From: an uncultured beta proteobacterium
GTDB taxonomy: Bacteria; Pseudomonadota; Gammaproteobacteria; Burkholderiales; Burkholderiaceae_C
Direction of reading: 5' to 3'
NCBI GenBank assembly: GCA_963738425.1
Contig: CAVTWT010000022.1
Span: 2,680-66,679 of the forward strand
DNA: 64,000 bases
The translations under genes and the position numbers were made by a program. Below are positions 20,015 to 30,937 of the stretch, piece by piece. The notes beneath the pieces are model-generated. The model saw nothing but the letters and a program-made list of their open reading frames with translations, searched no databases and was not told where the DNA came from. Numbering within the stretch: position 1 is the first letter of the stretch; every line of letters begins with the position of its first letter.

Positions 20015-20758
20015 TTACGCCTCTTCGCTCACTTCGACGAATTCATCTCCGCCGGCCGCAGCCTGCACGACCTCGGTGGTCGCATTGGCCTTGCCTTCGA
20101 GCACGGCATCGGCGATGGCACGCGCATACAGCGCCACGGCCTTGGCCGAGTCGTCGTTGCCCGGGATCACATAGTCGATACCCAACGGCGAATGGTTGGT
20201 ATCGACGACGCCGATCACCGGGATGCCCAGCTTGACGGCCTCTGCGATCGCGATCTTGTGGTAGCCGACGTCGATGACGAAGATGGCGTCGGGCAGCGCG
20301 TTCATGTCGGCGATGCCGCCGATGTCCTTTTCGAGCTTGATGATCTCGCGCTGGAACATCAGCGCTTCCTTCTTGATCGCGGGCTGCGTGCCGGCATCGA
20401 CCTGGGCCTGCATGTCCTTCAGCTTCTTCAACGAGCCCTTGACGGTCTTGAAGTTGGTCAGCATGCCGCCGAGCCAGCGCTGATCGACATACGGCATGCC
20501 GGAGCGCTTGGCGTCCAAGGCGATGACTTCACGGGCCTGGCGCTTGGTGCCGACCATCAGGATCGTGCCGCGCTTGGAGGCCAGTTGGCGCACGAACTTC
20601 AACGCGTTCTCGAAGAGCGGCTGCGTCTTCTCGAGGTTGATGATGTGGATCTTGTTGCGATGGCCGTAGATGTACGGGGCCATCTTGGGGTTCCAGAAGC
20701 GCGTCTGGTGTCCGAAATGGACGCCGGCTTCCAGCATCTCACGCATTGATACGGGCAT
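20015..20758 (-). CDS. rpsB: 30S ribosomal protein S2
   Basis: 247 aa, [32 protein letters not shown]... Confidence 0.97.
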   Translation of the reverse strand: MPVSMREMLEAGVHFGHQTRFWNPKMAPYIYGHRNKIHIINLEKTQPLFENALKFVRQLASKRGTILMVGTKRQAREVIALDAKRSGMPYVDQRWLGGMLTNFKTVKGSLKKLKDMQAQVDAGTQPAIKKEALMFQREIIKLEKDIGGIADMNALPDAIFVIDVGYHKIAIAEAVKLGIPVIGVVDTNHSPLGIDYVIPGNDDSAKAVALYARAIADAVLEGKANATTEVVQAAAGGDEFVEVSEEA

Positions 20759-20932
20759 AAAAACTCCGAAGGTTGGTTCTAGAATCCGGCGCGAATCGAG
20801 TCCGTTTCAGCTTCTTGCTGATCACGTGCTCGACACCTTTCGTGGGCCGGTTCGCGATTGGTTTTTCTCGTTGCAGCGCGGGCTGCGCAGCACTCTCGGA
20901 AAAACCCAAAGATTGTAGCAGCCTTGCATCTC

Positions 20933-22258
20933 ATGCCGACCGACTTGACCCAGGCAGCCGCCTCCAGAGCCGCGGGCCGTCTGTCCTCCCGCGCCGCGCT
21001 GGAAGCGTCCATCGCCGCGGCAACACCTCACACCTTCGTGCGTCGCTTCGACGAAGAGGCACGCCGCGCGGCCGATCAGTTCGACCGCACCGCGACGGCG
21101 CTGCCGCTGGCGGGGCTGGCGGTCTCTGTGAAGGATCTGTTCGACGTTGCGGGCTGGCCGACGACGGCCGCCTCAGCCTCGCGCCATGACGCTGCACCTG
21201 CAGCCAGCGACGCACCCGCGGTGGCCCGGCTGCGGGCCGCTGGCGGCGTGCTGGTGGGCCACACCAACCTGACCGAGTTTGCGTTTTCAGGCGTAGGCAT
21301 CAACCCGCACCACGGCACGCCGGCCAACACGGCCACTGCGGCGCTCGATGCCAAACCGCGCATCCCTGGCGGCTCCACCTCGGGCGGCGCGGTCAGCGTG
21401 GCCAGCGGCGCGGCGTGGGCGGCACTCGGCTCGGACACAGGAGGCTCGATCCGCATCCCGGCAGCGCTGCAAGGACTGGTCGGCTTCAAGAACACGGCAC
21501 GTTTGACGCCCACTGAAGGCTGCATCCCGCTGTCGACCACGCTCGACACGGCCTGTGCGATCACGCGGTCGGTGCGCGACGCCGTGCTGCTGCACGAAGT
21601 GCTGGCCGCGCGAGCCGTGGTGCCCATCGCCAAGCCGCTCGGCCAGTGGCGGCTCGCCTTGCCGCGGACGATCATGCTCGACGCGCTGGAACCCGCAGTC
21701 GCGCAGGCGTTCGAGCGCGCCATCGGCACGCTGCGAACCGCCGGGGCCGCGATCACCGACATCGACTTGCCGTTGCTCCAAGAAGCGGCGTCACTTCAGC
21801 GTGGCGGCGGCATCCCCGCAGCCGAAAGCTGGGCCTGGCACCGCGATGCGCTCGCCGCGCGCGAGGCGCAGTACGACCCGCGTGTGGCCCAGCGCATCCG
21901 TCGCGGTGAGGCCATCAAGGACTACGCCGAACTGCTGACAGAGCGTGGCGCATGGATTGCACGCATGAACGCAGCGTTGTCGGGCTTTGACGCCCTGCTC
22001 TCGCCGACCGTGCCGATCGTCGCCCCACGCACGCAGCCGCTGATCGACAGCGACGATGCCTTCTTCGCCGCCAATGCGCTGTTGCTGCGCAACCCGTCGC
22101 TGATCAACCTGGCGGATGGCTGCGCGCTGTCGCTGCCCTGCCACCGTGCGGGCGACTGGCCCGTCGGCCTGATGGTGTGGAGCACCGCGATGGCCGACGA
22201 CCGCGTGCTCGGCGTCTCGCTGGCGATCGAAACTGCGCTGGCCGCCAGCCGGCAATGA
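20933..22258 (+). CDS. amidase-signature family amidase (GatA-like)
   Basis: Has the ...VSVKDLFDVAG... catalytic Lys context and the GGSTSGGAVSVASG signature. ATG at 20933; the ORF-track start at 20858 is non-ATG. Confidence 0.85.
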   Translation: MPTDLTQAAASRAAGRLSSRAALEASIAAATPHTFVRRFDEEARRAADQFDRTATALPLAGLAVSVKDLFDVAGWPTTAASASRHDAAPAASDAPAVARLRAAGGVLVGHTNLTEFAFSGVGINPHHGTPANTATAALDAKPRIPGGSTSGGAVSVASGAAWAALGSDTGGSIRIPAALQGLVGFKNTARLTPTEGCIPLSTTLDTACAITRSVRDAVLLHEVLAARAVVPIAKPLGQWRLALPRTIMLDALEPAVAQAFERAIGTLRTAGAAITDIDLPLLQEAASLQRGGGIPAAESWAWHRDALAAREAQYDPRVAQRIRRGEAIKDYAELLTERGAWIARMNAALSGFDALLSPTVPIVAPRTQPLIDSDDAFFAANALLLRNPSLINLADGCALSLPCHRAGDWPVGLMVWSTAMADDRVLGVSLAIETALAASRQ

Positions 22259-23568
22259 GGATCGCCGTCATCGGCGCCGGCATCGTCGGCGTGACCACCG
22301 CACAGGCGCTGCGCGAGGACAGCCACGCGGTCACCGTCTTCGAGCGCCGCGGCAGCGTGGCCACCGAGTCGAGCTTCGCCAACGCCGGCTTTCTGGCACC
22401 GGGCTACGTCACGCCCTGGGCCTCGCCCGGCATGCCACGCAAGGTCATGTCGCAGTTCTTTGACCGCGACGCTGCCGTGCGGCTGGCCGGCGTGCCCGGC
22501 CCGGCGCTGCTGTCGTGGCTGCGGCATTGGAAGCGCGCCTGCGCGCCGAGCCGCTACACGCGCAACCGCGACGCGATGCTGCGCCTGGCGCAGGACAGCC
22601 TGACGCGCACGCTGGCGCTGGCCCACGCACACCACCTCGAATACGAACAAGGTCAAGGCGCCCTGGTGCTGCTGCGCGACAGCAATGAGATCGCGCAGGT
22701 GCGCGCCGGCCTCAAGCTGCTCGCCGAGGCGGGGCTGGACTTTCATCTGGTGGATGCCGATGCCTGCCGTCGCATCGAACCGGCCCTCGAACAAGCCACG
22801 CAGCTCGTGGCCGGCGTGCACCACCCGCAGGCCGGCATCGGCAACTGCCGCCAGTTCGCGCTGCAGCTGAAGTCGGTGCTGCAGGCCGACGGCGTCCACT
22901 TCCACCTGCAGCGCGAGGTCACCCGGCTCGAGCCTACCGACGCCGGCATGGCGGTTCACAGCGCGCCCAGCGACGTGCATGCCGATTCGGCGCTCGAACG
23001 CGGGCCACGTTCTTTCATCGAACCGCCGCGTGTCGACGCCTTCGACGCCGTGGTGGTTTGCGCGGCCGTCGGTGCGCCGTCGCTGCTCGCCCCGTTGCGC
23101 GTGCGCCTGCCGATCCAGCCGGTGTACGGCTACTCGATCACCTTGCCGGTGCGTCATTTCGAGGCCTACCCCGACATGGGTCCGCGCGCCGCGCTGATGG
23201 ACGAGCGCTTCAAGGTCGCCATCACACGGCTGGGCGATCGTCTACGCATCGCCGGCAGCGCCGAGCTCGGCGGCACACCCACCGAAATGCGCGAAGCACC
23301 GATCGCCACGCTGTACCGCGTGCTCGAAGACTGGTTTCCGAGCGCCGCGCGCCAGGCCCAGGCGCAAACCTGGAAAGGCGCGCGACCGATGCTGCCCGAC
23401 GGCCCGCCGGCGATCGGCGCCTGCGGCGTGCCGCAGCTGTGGATCAACACCGGGCACGGCTCCAGCGGCTGGGCACTGGCCTGCGGCAGCGCCCGATTGA
23501 CAGCCGACATGATCGCCGGGCGCACGACCACGATCGACCCTGCGCCGTTCTCGCCCCTGCGCTGGTGA
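22255..23568 (+). CDS. FAD-dependent oxidoreductase, D-amino-acid dehydrogenase (DadA)-like
   Basis: MRIAVIGAGIVGVTTAQAL... is a Rossmann GxGxxG. ...ANAGFLAPGYVTPWASPG... resembles DadA. An ATGA overlap joins it to the amidase stop. Confidence 0.8.
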   Translation: MRIAVIGAGIVGVTTAQALREDSHAVTVFERRGSVATESSFANAGFLAPGYVTPWASPGMPRKVMSQFFDRDAAVRLAGVPGPALLSWLRHWKRACAPSRYTRNRDAMLRLAQDSLTRTLALAHAHHLEYEQGQGALVLLRDSNEIAQVRAGLKLLAEAGLDFHLVDADACRRIEPALEQATQLVAGVHHPQAGIGNCRQFALQLKSVLQADGVHFHLQREVTRLEPTDAGMAVHSAPSDVHADSALERGPRSFIEPPRVDAFDAVVVCAAVGAPSLLAPLRVRLPIQPVYGYSITLPVRHFEAYPDMGPRAALMDERFKVAITRLGDRLRIAGSAELGGTPTEMREAPIATLYRVLEDWFPSAARQAQAQTWKGARPMLPDGPPAIGACGVPQLWINTGHGSSGWALACGSARLTADMIAGRTTTIDPAPFSPLRW

Positions 23569-23596
23569 GACGGCTGGTGAGAGGTACGCTCGGGGC

Positions 23597-25123
23597 ATGG
23601 AGCCCACGGCCACCCACCCCCGCCTGCTGGACGCATTCGATCGCCCCTGGCCCTTGCACGATGTGCAGCAGTCGCGCCGTATCGAGGCCGCTGCCGCCGC
23701 CAGTCTGCCGCCGCACACGTTGATGCAGCGTGCCGGGCTGTCCGTCGCCCGCCTGGCCCTGGGCATCGCACCGCACGCCCAGCGCGTCTGGGTTGCTGCC
23801 GGCCCTGGCAACAACGGCGGCGACGGCCTCGAAGCAGCGATGCACCTGCGCCGCGCCGGCAAGGAGGTGTTGGTCAGTCTGACCGCTGACCCGTCGAAGC
23901 TGCCTGCCGACGCGGCGGCCTCGTTTCGGCGCGCCGCAGATGCGGGCGTGACGATCAGCGAAGCCTCGGCCGCACCCGCCGATGTCGACCTCACGATCGA
24001 CGCACTGCTCGGCTTGGGTGCCACGCGCGAACCCGAAGGCCAGGTGGCCGCGCTGGTGCGTGCGATCAATGCATCCGTGTGCCCTCGCCTGGCCATCGAT
24101 CTGCCGAGCGGCCTGTCTGCCGACAGTGGTGTGCCGCTGGGGCCGCTCTGCGTGCGGGCCACGCACTCGCTGGCGCTGCTGACTTTGAAGCCCGGCCTGT
24201 TCACCGCGATGGGCCGCGAGCAGGCCGGCGCCTTGTGGCTCGACGATCTGGGTTGCAGCACTGAGTCCGATCAAGTGATACCCCGTGCCCAGCTCGGCGA
24301 CGCCGACAGCGCGCGCCTGCTGCGCCCGGCACGCGGCCACGCCGGTCACAAGGGCGGCTACGGCGATGTGATCGCTGTCGGCGGCGCGCCGGGCATGGGC
24401 GGCGCGCTGACGCTGGCTGCGCGCGCCGCCCTCGCCGGTGGTGCCGGGCGCGTCTTCGCGTGTGTGCTCGATGCCACGATGCCAACGCACGACCCGCTCG
24501 CTCCAGAACTGATGTGGCGGCCCGGCCTGTGGCACGACGATCCGACGACATGGCAGGACGCTACCGTCGTCTGTGGCTGCGGCGGCGGCAACGCCGTGCG
24601 CGAAGCGCTGCCCGTGCTGCTGTCGCGCAGCGCGCGGCTCGTGCTCGACGCCGATGCCCTCAATGCGATTGCCGGCGACACCGCGCTGCAATCGCTGCTC
24701 ACGGCACGCGCTTCACGCGGCCGCGCCACGGTGTTGACACCCCATCCGCTGGAGGCAGCGCGGCTGCTGGCGCTGCCCAGTGCTGAAAGAGTTCAGGCCA
24801 ACCGCCTGGCCGCCGCGCAATCGCTGGCGCAACGCTTCGACTGCACGGTGCTGCTCAAAGGCTCGGGCAGCGTGATCGCTGCACCGCGCCGCACGCCGGT
24901 GATCAACCCCACCGGCAATGCACGGCTGGCCGGCGCGGGCACCGGCGACGTGTTGGCCGGGTGGTTGGGCGGGCTGTGGTCGGCATCGGCAGCCACAGGC
25001 GCGATGGCCGATGCTTTCGTCGCCGCCCGTGCGGCCGCGTACTGGCACGGCGCCGCCACAATGCGCGGCGATGCAGCGACGCCACTGACAGCCAGCGCGC
25101 TGCTGGCCGCTCTCGCCGCCTAG
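23597..25123 (+). CDS. nnr: bifunctional NAD(P)H-hydrate repair enzyme (epimerase/ADP-dependent dehydratase, YjeF family)
   Basis: 508 aa. The N-terminal YjeF_N domain has ...GPGNNGGDGL... The C-terminal carbohydrate-kinase domain has ...GTGDVLAG... Confidence 0.9.
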   Translation: MEPTATHPRLLDAFDRPWPLHDVQQSRRIEAAAAASLPPHTLMQRAGLSVARLALGIAPHAQRVWVAAGPGNNGGDGLEAAMHLRRAGKEVLVSLTADPSKLPADAAASFRRAADAGVTISEASAAPADVDLTIDALLGLGATREPEGQVAALVRAINASVCPRLAIDLPSGLSADSGVPLGPLCVRATHSLALLTLKPGLFTAMGREQAGALWLDDLGCSTESDQVIPRAQLGDADSARLLRPARGHAGHKGGYGDVIAVGGAPGMGGALTLAARAALAGGAGRVFACVLDATMPTHDPLAPELMWRPGLWHDDPTTWQDATVVCGCGGGNAVREALPVLLSRSARLVLDADALNAIAGDTALQSLLTARASRGRATVLTPHPLEAARLLALPSAERVQANRLAAAQSLAQRFDCTVLLKGSGSVIAAPRRTPVINPTGNARLAGAGTGDVLAGWLGGLWSASAATGAMADAFVAARAAAYWHGAATMRGDAATPLTASALLAALAA

Positions 25124-27336
25124 CGGCGCGTCTTTTTCGCGCTGGCCGTCTTCGGCCGTGTGCCCGATTTGGCCGACGCACGCGACGAACGCGCCGCGGT
25201 CTTGCCACGCGCAGCCGCCCGCACCTCGCGGTCGCGCAGGCGCACGGCGGCCAGCTCTTCGACGGCACTGGCCGATGACGGCAGCGCTGCATTGCGCCGC
25301 CCGCGCGACAGCAGCTTGTCGCCACCGCCCTCCACCACCAAGCGAAAGTCGATCTTGCGTGCGTCGAGATCGACACGGCTGACCTGCACACGCAGCTTCG
25401 AGCCGGCGCCGTGGCGGATGCCGGTGCGCTCGCCGCGCAACTCCTGCCGCGTCTCGTCGAAGCGCCAGTACTCGCCGCCGAGCTCGCTGATGTGCAGCAG
25501 GCCTTCGACGAAGAGGTCGTCGAGCTGAACGAACAGGCCGAAGCTGGTGGCCGCGGTCACGGTGCCGGCAAACTCTTCGCCGAGCTTGTCGCGCATGAAG
25601 CGGCACTTGAGCCAGGCCTGCACATCGCGCGAGGCTTCGTCGGCGCGGCGCTCGTTGGCCGAGCAATGCGCGCCGGCGCCTTCCCACGCTTCGGTCTCTT
25701 GCACTCGCGGTGGCGGCGCTTTGCCCCCCTTGCGCACAACCGGAGCGTCTTCGAGCTTGCCGCTGTCGATGTGATAGCGCTTGCCGTGCAGCAGGGCCTT
25801 GATGACGCGGTGCACCAGCAGATCGGGGTAGCGGCGGATCGGGCTGGTGAAGTGCGTGTAGGCCTCGTAGGCCAGACCGAAGTGGCCGTTGTTGGCCGCG
25901 GTGTAGATCGCCTGCTGCATCGAGCGCAGCAGCATGGTGTGGATCTGCAGCGAATCCGGGCGGTCCTTGGTGGCGTCAGCAATCACCTGAAACTCGGCCG
26001 GCGTCGGCTCTTCGGAAAGCGACAGGTTCAGGCCCAGCGCCTTCAGGTAGTTGGCCAGCGTCGTCCGCTTCTCGGGTGTCGGGCCTTCATGCACGCGGTA
26101 CAGCGCCGGGTGCTTGTGCGAAGCGATGAAGTCGGCCGCGCAGACGTTGGCGGCAAGCATCGCTTCTTCGATCACACGGTGGGCATCGTTGCGCGTGCGC
26201 GGGATGATCTTCTCGATGCGGCCGTTGTCGTCGCAGACGATCTGCGTTTCGGTGGTCTCGAACTCGACCGCGCCGCGCTTGGCGCGTTGTTTCAGCAAGG
26301 CGCGGAAAACCTCGTGCAAGTGAATCAGGTGCGGTACCAGTTCGCTGCGCCGCGCCGCTTCGGGACCGCGGGTGTTGCCAAGAATCGCCGCGACCTCGGT
26401 GTAGGTGAAGCGCGCCTGCGAATGCATCACCGCCGGGTAGAACTGATAGGCCTCGATCTCTCCGTTCGGCGCCACCACCATGTCGCAGACCATGCACAGG
26501 CGATCCACATCCGGGTTCAGCGAGCACAGGCCGTTGGAGAGTTTCTCCGGCAGCATCGGGATGACGCGGCGCGGGAAATAGACCGAGGTGGCACGCTCGT
26601 AGGCGTCGTCGTCGAGCGGCTCGCCGGTCTTCACATAGTGGCTGACGTCGGCAATCGCCACCAGCAAGCGCCAGCCCGTGGGCTTTTTCGATTTGCCTTT
26701 GCCCAGCCCGGGCATCGGCTCGCAGTACACCGCGTCGTCGAAGTCTCTCGCGTCTTCGCCATCGATCGTCACCAGCGGCACGTCGGTGAGGTCGACGCGG
26801 TGCTTCAAGTCAGCCGGCCGCAACTTCTCGGGCAAGGCCGCAGCCTGGGCGATGGTTTCAGGAGCAAAGCGGTGCGGCACTTCGAACTTGCGCACCGCAA
26901 TCTCGATTTCCATGCCCGGATCGTCGATCTCGCCGAGCACTTCGACGACGCGGCCGACCGGCTGCGAGAACATCGACGGCGGCTCGGTGAGCTCGACCGA
27001 CACCACCTGCCCGGCCTCTGCGTTAGCGGTGGCATTCTTGGCGATCAGGATGTCCTGGCCATAGCGCTTGTCTTCAGGCGCCACGAGCCAGACGCCGCCT
27101 TCGTGCAGCAGCCGGCCGATCAACGGCGACTTGCGGCGCTCGACGATGTCGAGTACGTGGCCTTCGGGCCGGCCCTTGCGGTCGTAGCGCACGATGCGTG
27201 CGCGCACGCGGTCGCGGTGCAGGACGGAGCGCATTTCCTGCGGCGACAGATAGACGTCGGATACGCCTGCGCCTTCGCGCACGAGGAAGCCGTGGCCGTC
27301 GCGGTGACCTTGCACCGTGCCCTCCACTTCACTCAT
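25120..27336 (-). CDS. rnr: ribonuclease R
   Basis: Cold-shock domains, RNB domain, S1 domain and a K/R-rich tail. The start is taken at ATG 27336 (MSEVEGTVQGHRDGHGFLV...). The longer ORF-track version runs antisense across tRNA-Leu. Confidence 0.93.
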   Translation of the reverse strand: MSEVEGTVQGHRDGHGFLVREGAGVSDVYLSPQEMRSVLHRDRVRARIVRYDRKGRPEGHVLDIVERRKSPLIGRLLHEGGVWLVAPEDKRYGQDILIAKNATANAEAGQVVSVELTEPPSMFSQPVGRVVEVLGEIDDPGMEIEIAVRKFEVPHRFAPETIAQAAALPEKLRPADLKHRVDLTDVPLVTIDGEDARDFDDAVYCEPMPGLGKGKSKKPTGWRLLVAIADVSHYVKTGEPLDDDAYERATSVYFPRRVIPMLPEKLSNGLCSLNPDVDRLCMVCDMVVAPNGEIEAYQFYPAVMHSQARFTYTEVAAILGNTRGPEAARRSELVPHLIHLHEVFRALLKQRAKRGAVEFETTETQIVCDDNGRIEKIIPRTRNDAHRVIEEAMLAANVCAADFIASHKHPALYRVHEGPTPEKRTTLANYLKALGLNLSLSEEPTPAEFQVIADATKDRPDSLQIHTMLLRSMQQAIYTAANNGHFGLAYEAYTHFTSPIRRYPDLLVHRVIKALLHGKRYHIDSGKLEDAPVVRKGGKAPPPRVQETEAWEGAGAHCSANERRADEASRDVQAWLKCRFMRDKLGEEFAGTVTAATSFGLFVQLDDLFVEGLLHISELGGEYWRFDETRQELRGERTGIRHGAGSKLRVQVSRVDLDARKIDFRLVVEGGGDKLLSRGRRNAALPSSASAVEELAAVRLRDREVRAAARGKTAARSSRASAKSGTRPKTASAKKTRR

Positions 27337-27412
27337 CAGCGCTGCGCTGAGCGGGGTGGCCGAGGTCTGGGGGATGTTGTTCTTGATGCTAAACTTTCGG
27401 GGTTCCTGAGAT

Positions 27413-27497
<85 letters not shown>

Positions 27498-27516
27498 ATG
27501 AACGTTAGAGACGGAA

Positions 27517-27539
27517 CAAGGCCAGCGTTGCTGGCCTTG
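27517..27539 (+). terminator. hairpin after tRNA-Leu (caaggccagc-gtt-gctggccttg)
   Basis: 10-bp stem followed by ctcgTTTa. It also lies just past the stop of the convergent PRTase gene. Confidence 0.55.
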
Positions 27540-27544
27540 CTCGT

Positions 27545-28066
27545 TTATACGGCAAACTTTTTCGCAAGCCCGTCAGGACGCAGCCCGTCGTATTCCTCGA
27601 AGGGCTGGTGGATCCACGGACTCGTCGGCAGCTTCTCGACGAAGTAGTCGGGCGTGTAGCTCGACACGCCCTTGACCCACAGCACCGCGGAACGCAGTTC
27701 GCTGATGGCCGGCATGCCGCGCAGGCGCTCGACGACGGCTTTCAACGTGATGCCGGAGTCGGCAAGGTCATCGACCAACAGCACACGACCCGCCAATTCG
27801 CCCTTCGGCATGGTGATGTATTTCGCAATGTCCAGGCGGCCCTGGATCGTGCCGGCGTCAGCGCGATAGCTCGACGTGCTCATGATCGCCAGCGGCTTGT
27901 CGAAGACGCGCGACAGCACGTCGCCGGGCCGCATGCCGCCGCGCGCCAGGCAGAGGATCTGATCGAAGTCCCAGCCCGAGGCATGCACCTTGAGCGCCAG
28001 GCGCTCGGTCAGCATGTGGTACTCGTCCCAGGAGACGTAGAGGTGTTTGCCGTCGTCGGTGAGCAT
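27545..28066 (-). CDS. purine phosphoribosyltransferase family protein (Gpt/Hpt-like)
   Basis: 173 aa with the PRPP-binding motif ...RVLLVDDLADSGITL... It is adjacent to purA. Confidence 0.85.
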   Translation of the reverse strand: MLTDDGKHLYVSWDEYHMLTERLALKVHASGWDFDQILCLARGGMRPGDVLSRVFDKPLAIMSTSSYRADAGTIQGRLDIAKYITMPKGELAGRVLLVDDLADSGITLKAVVERLRGMPAISELRSAVLWVKGVSSYTPDYFVEKLPTSPWIHQPFEEYDGLRPDGLAKKFAV

Positions 28067-28080
28067 GGCGGTTGGGTTTC

Positions 28081-29445
<1,365 letters not shown>

Positions 29446-30609
29446 TCAGAGGGACTTCAGCACCCACTGGCCAGCGACTTCAATCAGTTCGCGATCGCAG
29501 GCGTACTCTTGGGTTTCCTGCTCATGTCCCGGCAGGATGCAAACCACGGTGTGGCCTTGCTCACGCAGGCGCCGCACCGCTTTGCGCAGCTCGCTGGACT
29601 GGTTCCACGGTGCGCGCACTGCTGCGTGCGCGCCATTTCCCGGGGCGGCCAGGGCCAGCTCCTTCACGTCGAGACTGAAGCCGACCGCCGGCCGGTTGCG
29701 GCCGAACACCGCACCCACTTCGTCGTAACGCCCACCGCGCGCCAGGGCCGCATTGCTGGCCACCGCATAGACCGAAAAGCGCGGACCGCTGTAGTAGGCG
29801 TAGCCGGACAGGTCGGCAAGGTCGAAACCGATGCGCACTTGCGGATGCGCGCGCCCGACATGCGCCGCCAGCCAGGCCAGATCATCGAGCGCGCGGCGGA
29901 TCGGCTCCCGTGCTGGCAGCGCTGTACGCGCTGCATCGAGAACCTCGTTGCCACCGTACAGCCGCAGGAGCGACTGCAAGCCGGCGCGCGCCTCGGGCTG
30001 CAGTGTCTGGCTCAAGGCTGCCAACGCCGCCGCATCCTTGCTCGCCAGCGCGCTCGCCATCTCGGTCAGGCGTTCGCCATCGAGCGCTGCGCCGGCGAGC
30101 AGTGCTCGCAACACGCGCGCATCGCCGAGGTCGAGCATGACGTCGGCAATGCCGGCGCTGCCCAGCGAATCCAGTGCCAGATCGATCACTTCGAGATCGG
30201 CTTCAAGGCCTGCATGGCCATAGACCTCGGCGCCAAACTGCAGCAACTCGCGCGACGCCAGCGCGCCGTTGGCTCGCGCATGCAGCACCGGTCCGCAATA
30301 GGCCAGCCGGGCCACACCTTCGCGGTTGAGCAGGTGGGCATCGATGCGCGCCACCTGCGGCGTCGTGTCGGCACGCAGGCCGAGCGTGCGCCCCGAGAGT
30401 TGATCGACGAGCTTGAAGGTCTTGAGGTCGAGCGCGGCGCCGGTGCCGGTCAGCAGCGACTCCAGATGCTCCACCAAAGGCGGCTGCACCAGCTCGTAAC
30501 CGTAGCCGCGCGCGCGATCGATCAGCGTGCGCCGCAATTCCTCGACGCGTCGCGCCTGGCTCGGCAGCACATCGGCGATTTGCTCAGGCAGCAGCCAGGC
30601 TCGCGTCAT
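29446..30609 (-). CDS. hisZ: ATP phosphoribosyltransferase regulatory subunit
   Basis: 387 aa HisRS paralogue. Its position between hflC/DUF2065 and purA is the standard betaproteobacterial one. Confidence 0.9.
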   Translation of the reverse strand: MTRAWLLPEQIADVLPSQARRVEELRRTLIDRARGYGYELVQPPLVEHLESLLTGTGAALDLKTFKLVDQLSGRTLGLRADTTPQVARIDAHLLNREGVARLAYCGPVLHARANGALASRELLQFGAEVYGHAGLEADLEVIDLALDSLGSAGIADVMLDLGDARVLRALLAGAALDGERLTEMASALASKDAAALAALSQTLQPEARAGLQSLLRLYGGNEVLDAARTALPAREPIRRALDDLAWLAAHVGRAHPQVRIGFDLADLSGYAYYSGPRFSVYAVASNAALARGGRYDEVGAVFGRNRPAVGFSLDVKELALAAPGNGAHAAVRAPWNQSSELRKAVRRLREQGHTVVCILPGHEQETQEYACDRELIEVAGQWVLKSL

Positions 30610-30654
30610 GGGCTGAAAAACTCGCCGTTGTTGAAAACGGCATTGTATCGACCG

Positions 30655-30735
30655 TCATGACGCCCCCTCGCCCGCTTCGCGGGCACTCCCCCGAGGGAGG
30701 CGCGGCCCGGACGCTTGGGAGCGGCCCGGCGCTGG
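30655..30735. repeat. structured REP-like intergenic repeat, copy E (inverted orientation, diverged)
   Basis: Its reverse complement reads gccgggccgctcccaagcgtccgggccgcgcCTCCCTCGGGGGagtgcccgCGAAGCGGGCgaggggg. It lies in the hisZ-DUF2065 spacer. Confidence 0.65.
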
Positions 30736-30745
30736 CCAGCGCGCA

Positions 30746-30937
30746 CTACAGCCAGATGAGCACGACCCCGAGCGCCACTGCGATCAAGCCGAAGAAGCGC
30801 AACTGACCGTCGTGCAGCTGAAGCAACTTCTCGAACGCCTGCCGCCAAGAGCGAGGCGACAGCAGAGGCAGCAGACCCTCGGCGATGAGGAGCAGGGCCA
30901 GCGCGGTGACGAGCACATCGCCCGTCACCTCGCTCAC
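30746..30937 (-). CDS. DUF2065 small membrane protein
   Basis: 63 aa with two hydrophobic helices. A GTG start overlaps the hflC stop (GTGA). Its position after hflC is conserved. Confidence 0.8.
   Translation of the reverse strand: MSEVTGDVLVTALALLLIAEGLLPLLSPRSWRQAFEKLLQLHDGQLRFFGLIAVALGVVLIWL

Noticed and set aside
20759-20932. Ribosomal-protein autoregulatory leader RNAs upstream of rpsB (and upstream of rpsF at 1583-1669)
   Set aside because: The spacers are long enough and contain small hairpins. However, I cannot match them from memory to the described S2 or S6:S18 leader motifs, and the S2 leader is, as far as I recall, described for gammaproteobacteria. This needs a covariance-model search, so I did not call it.
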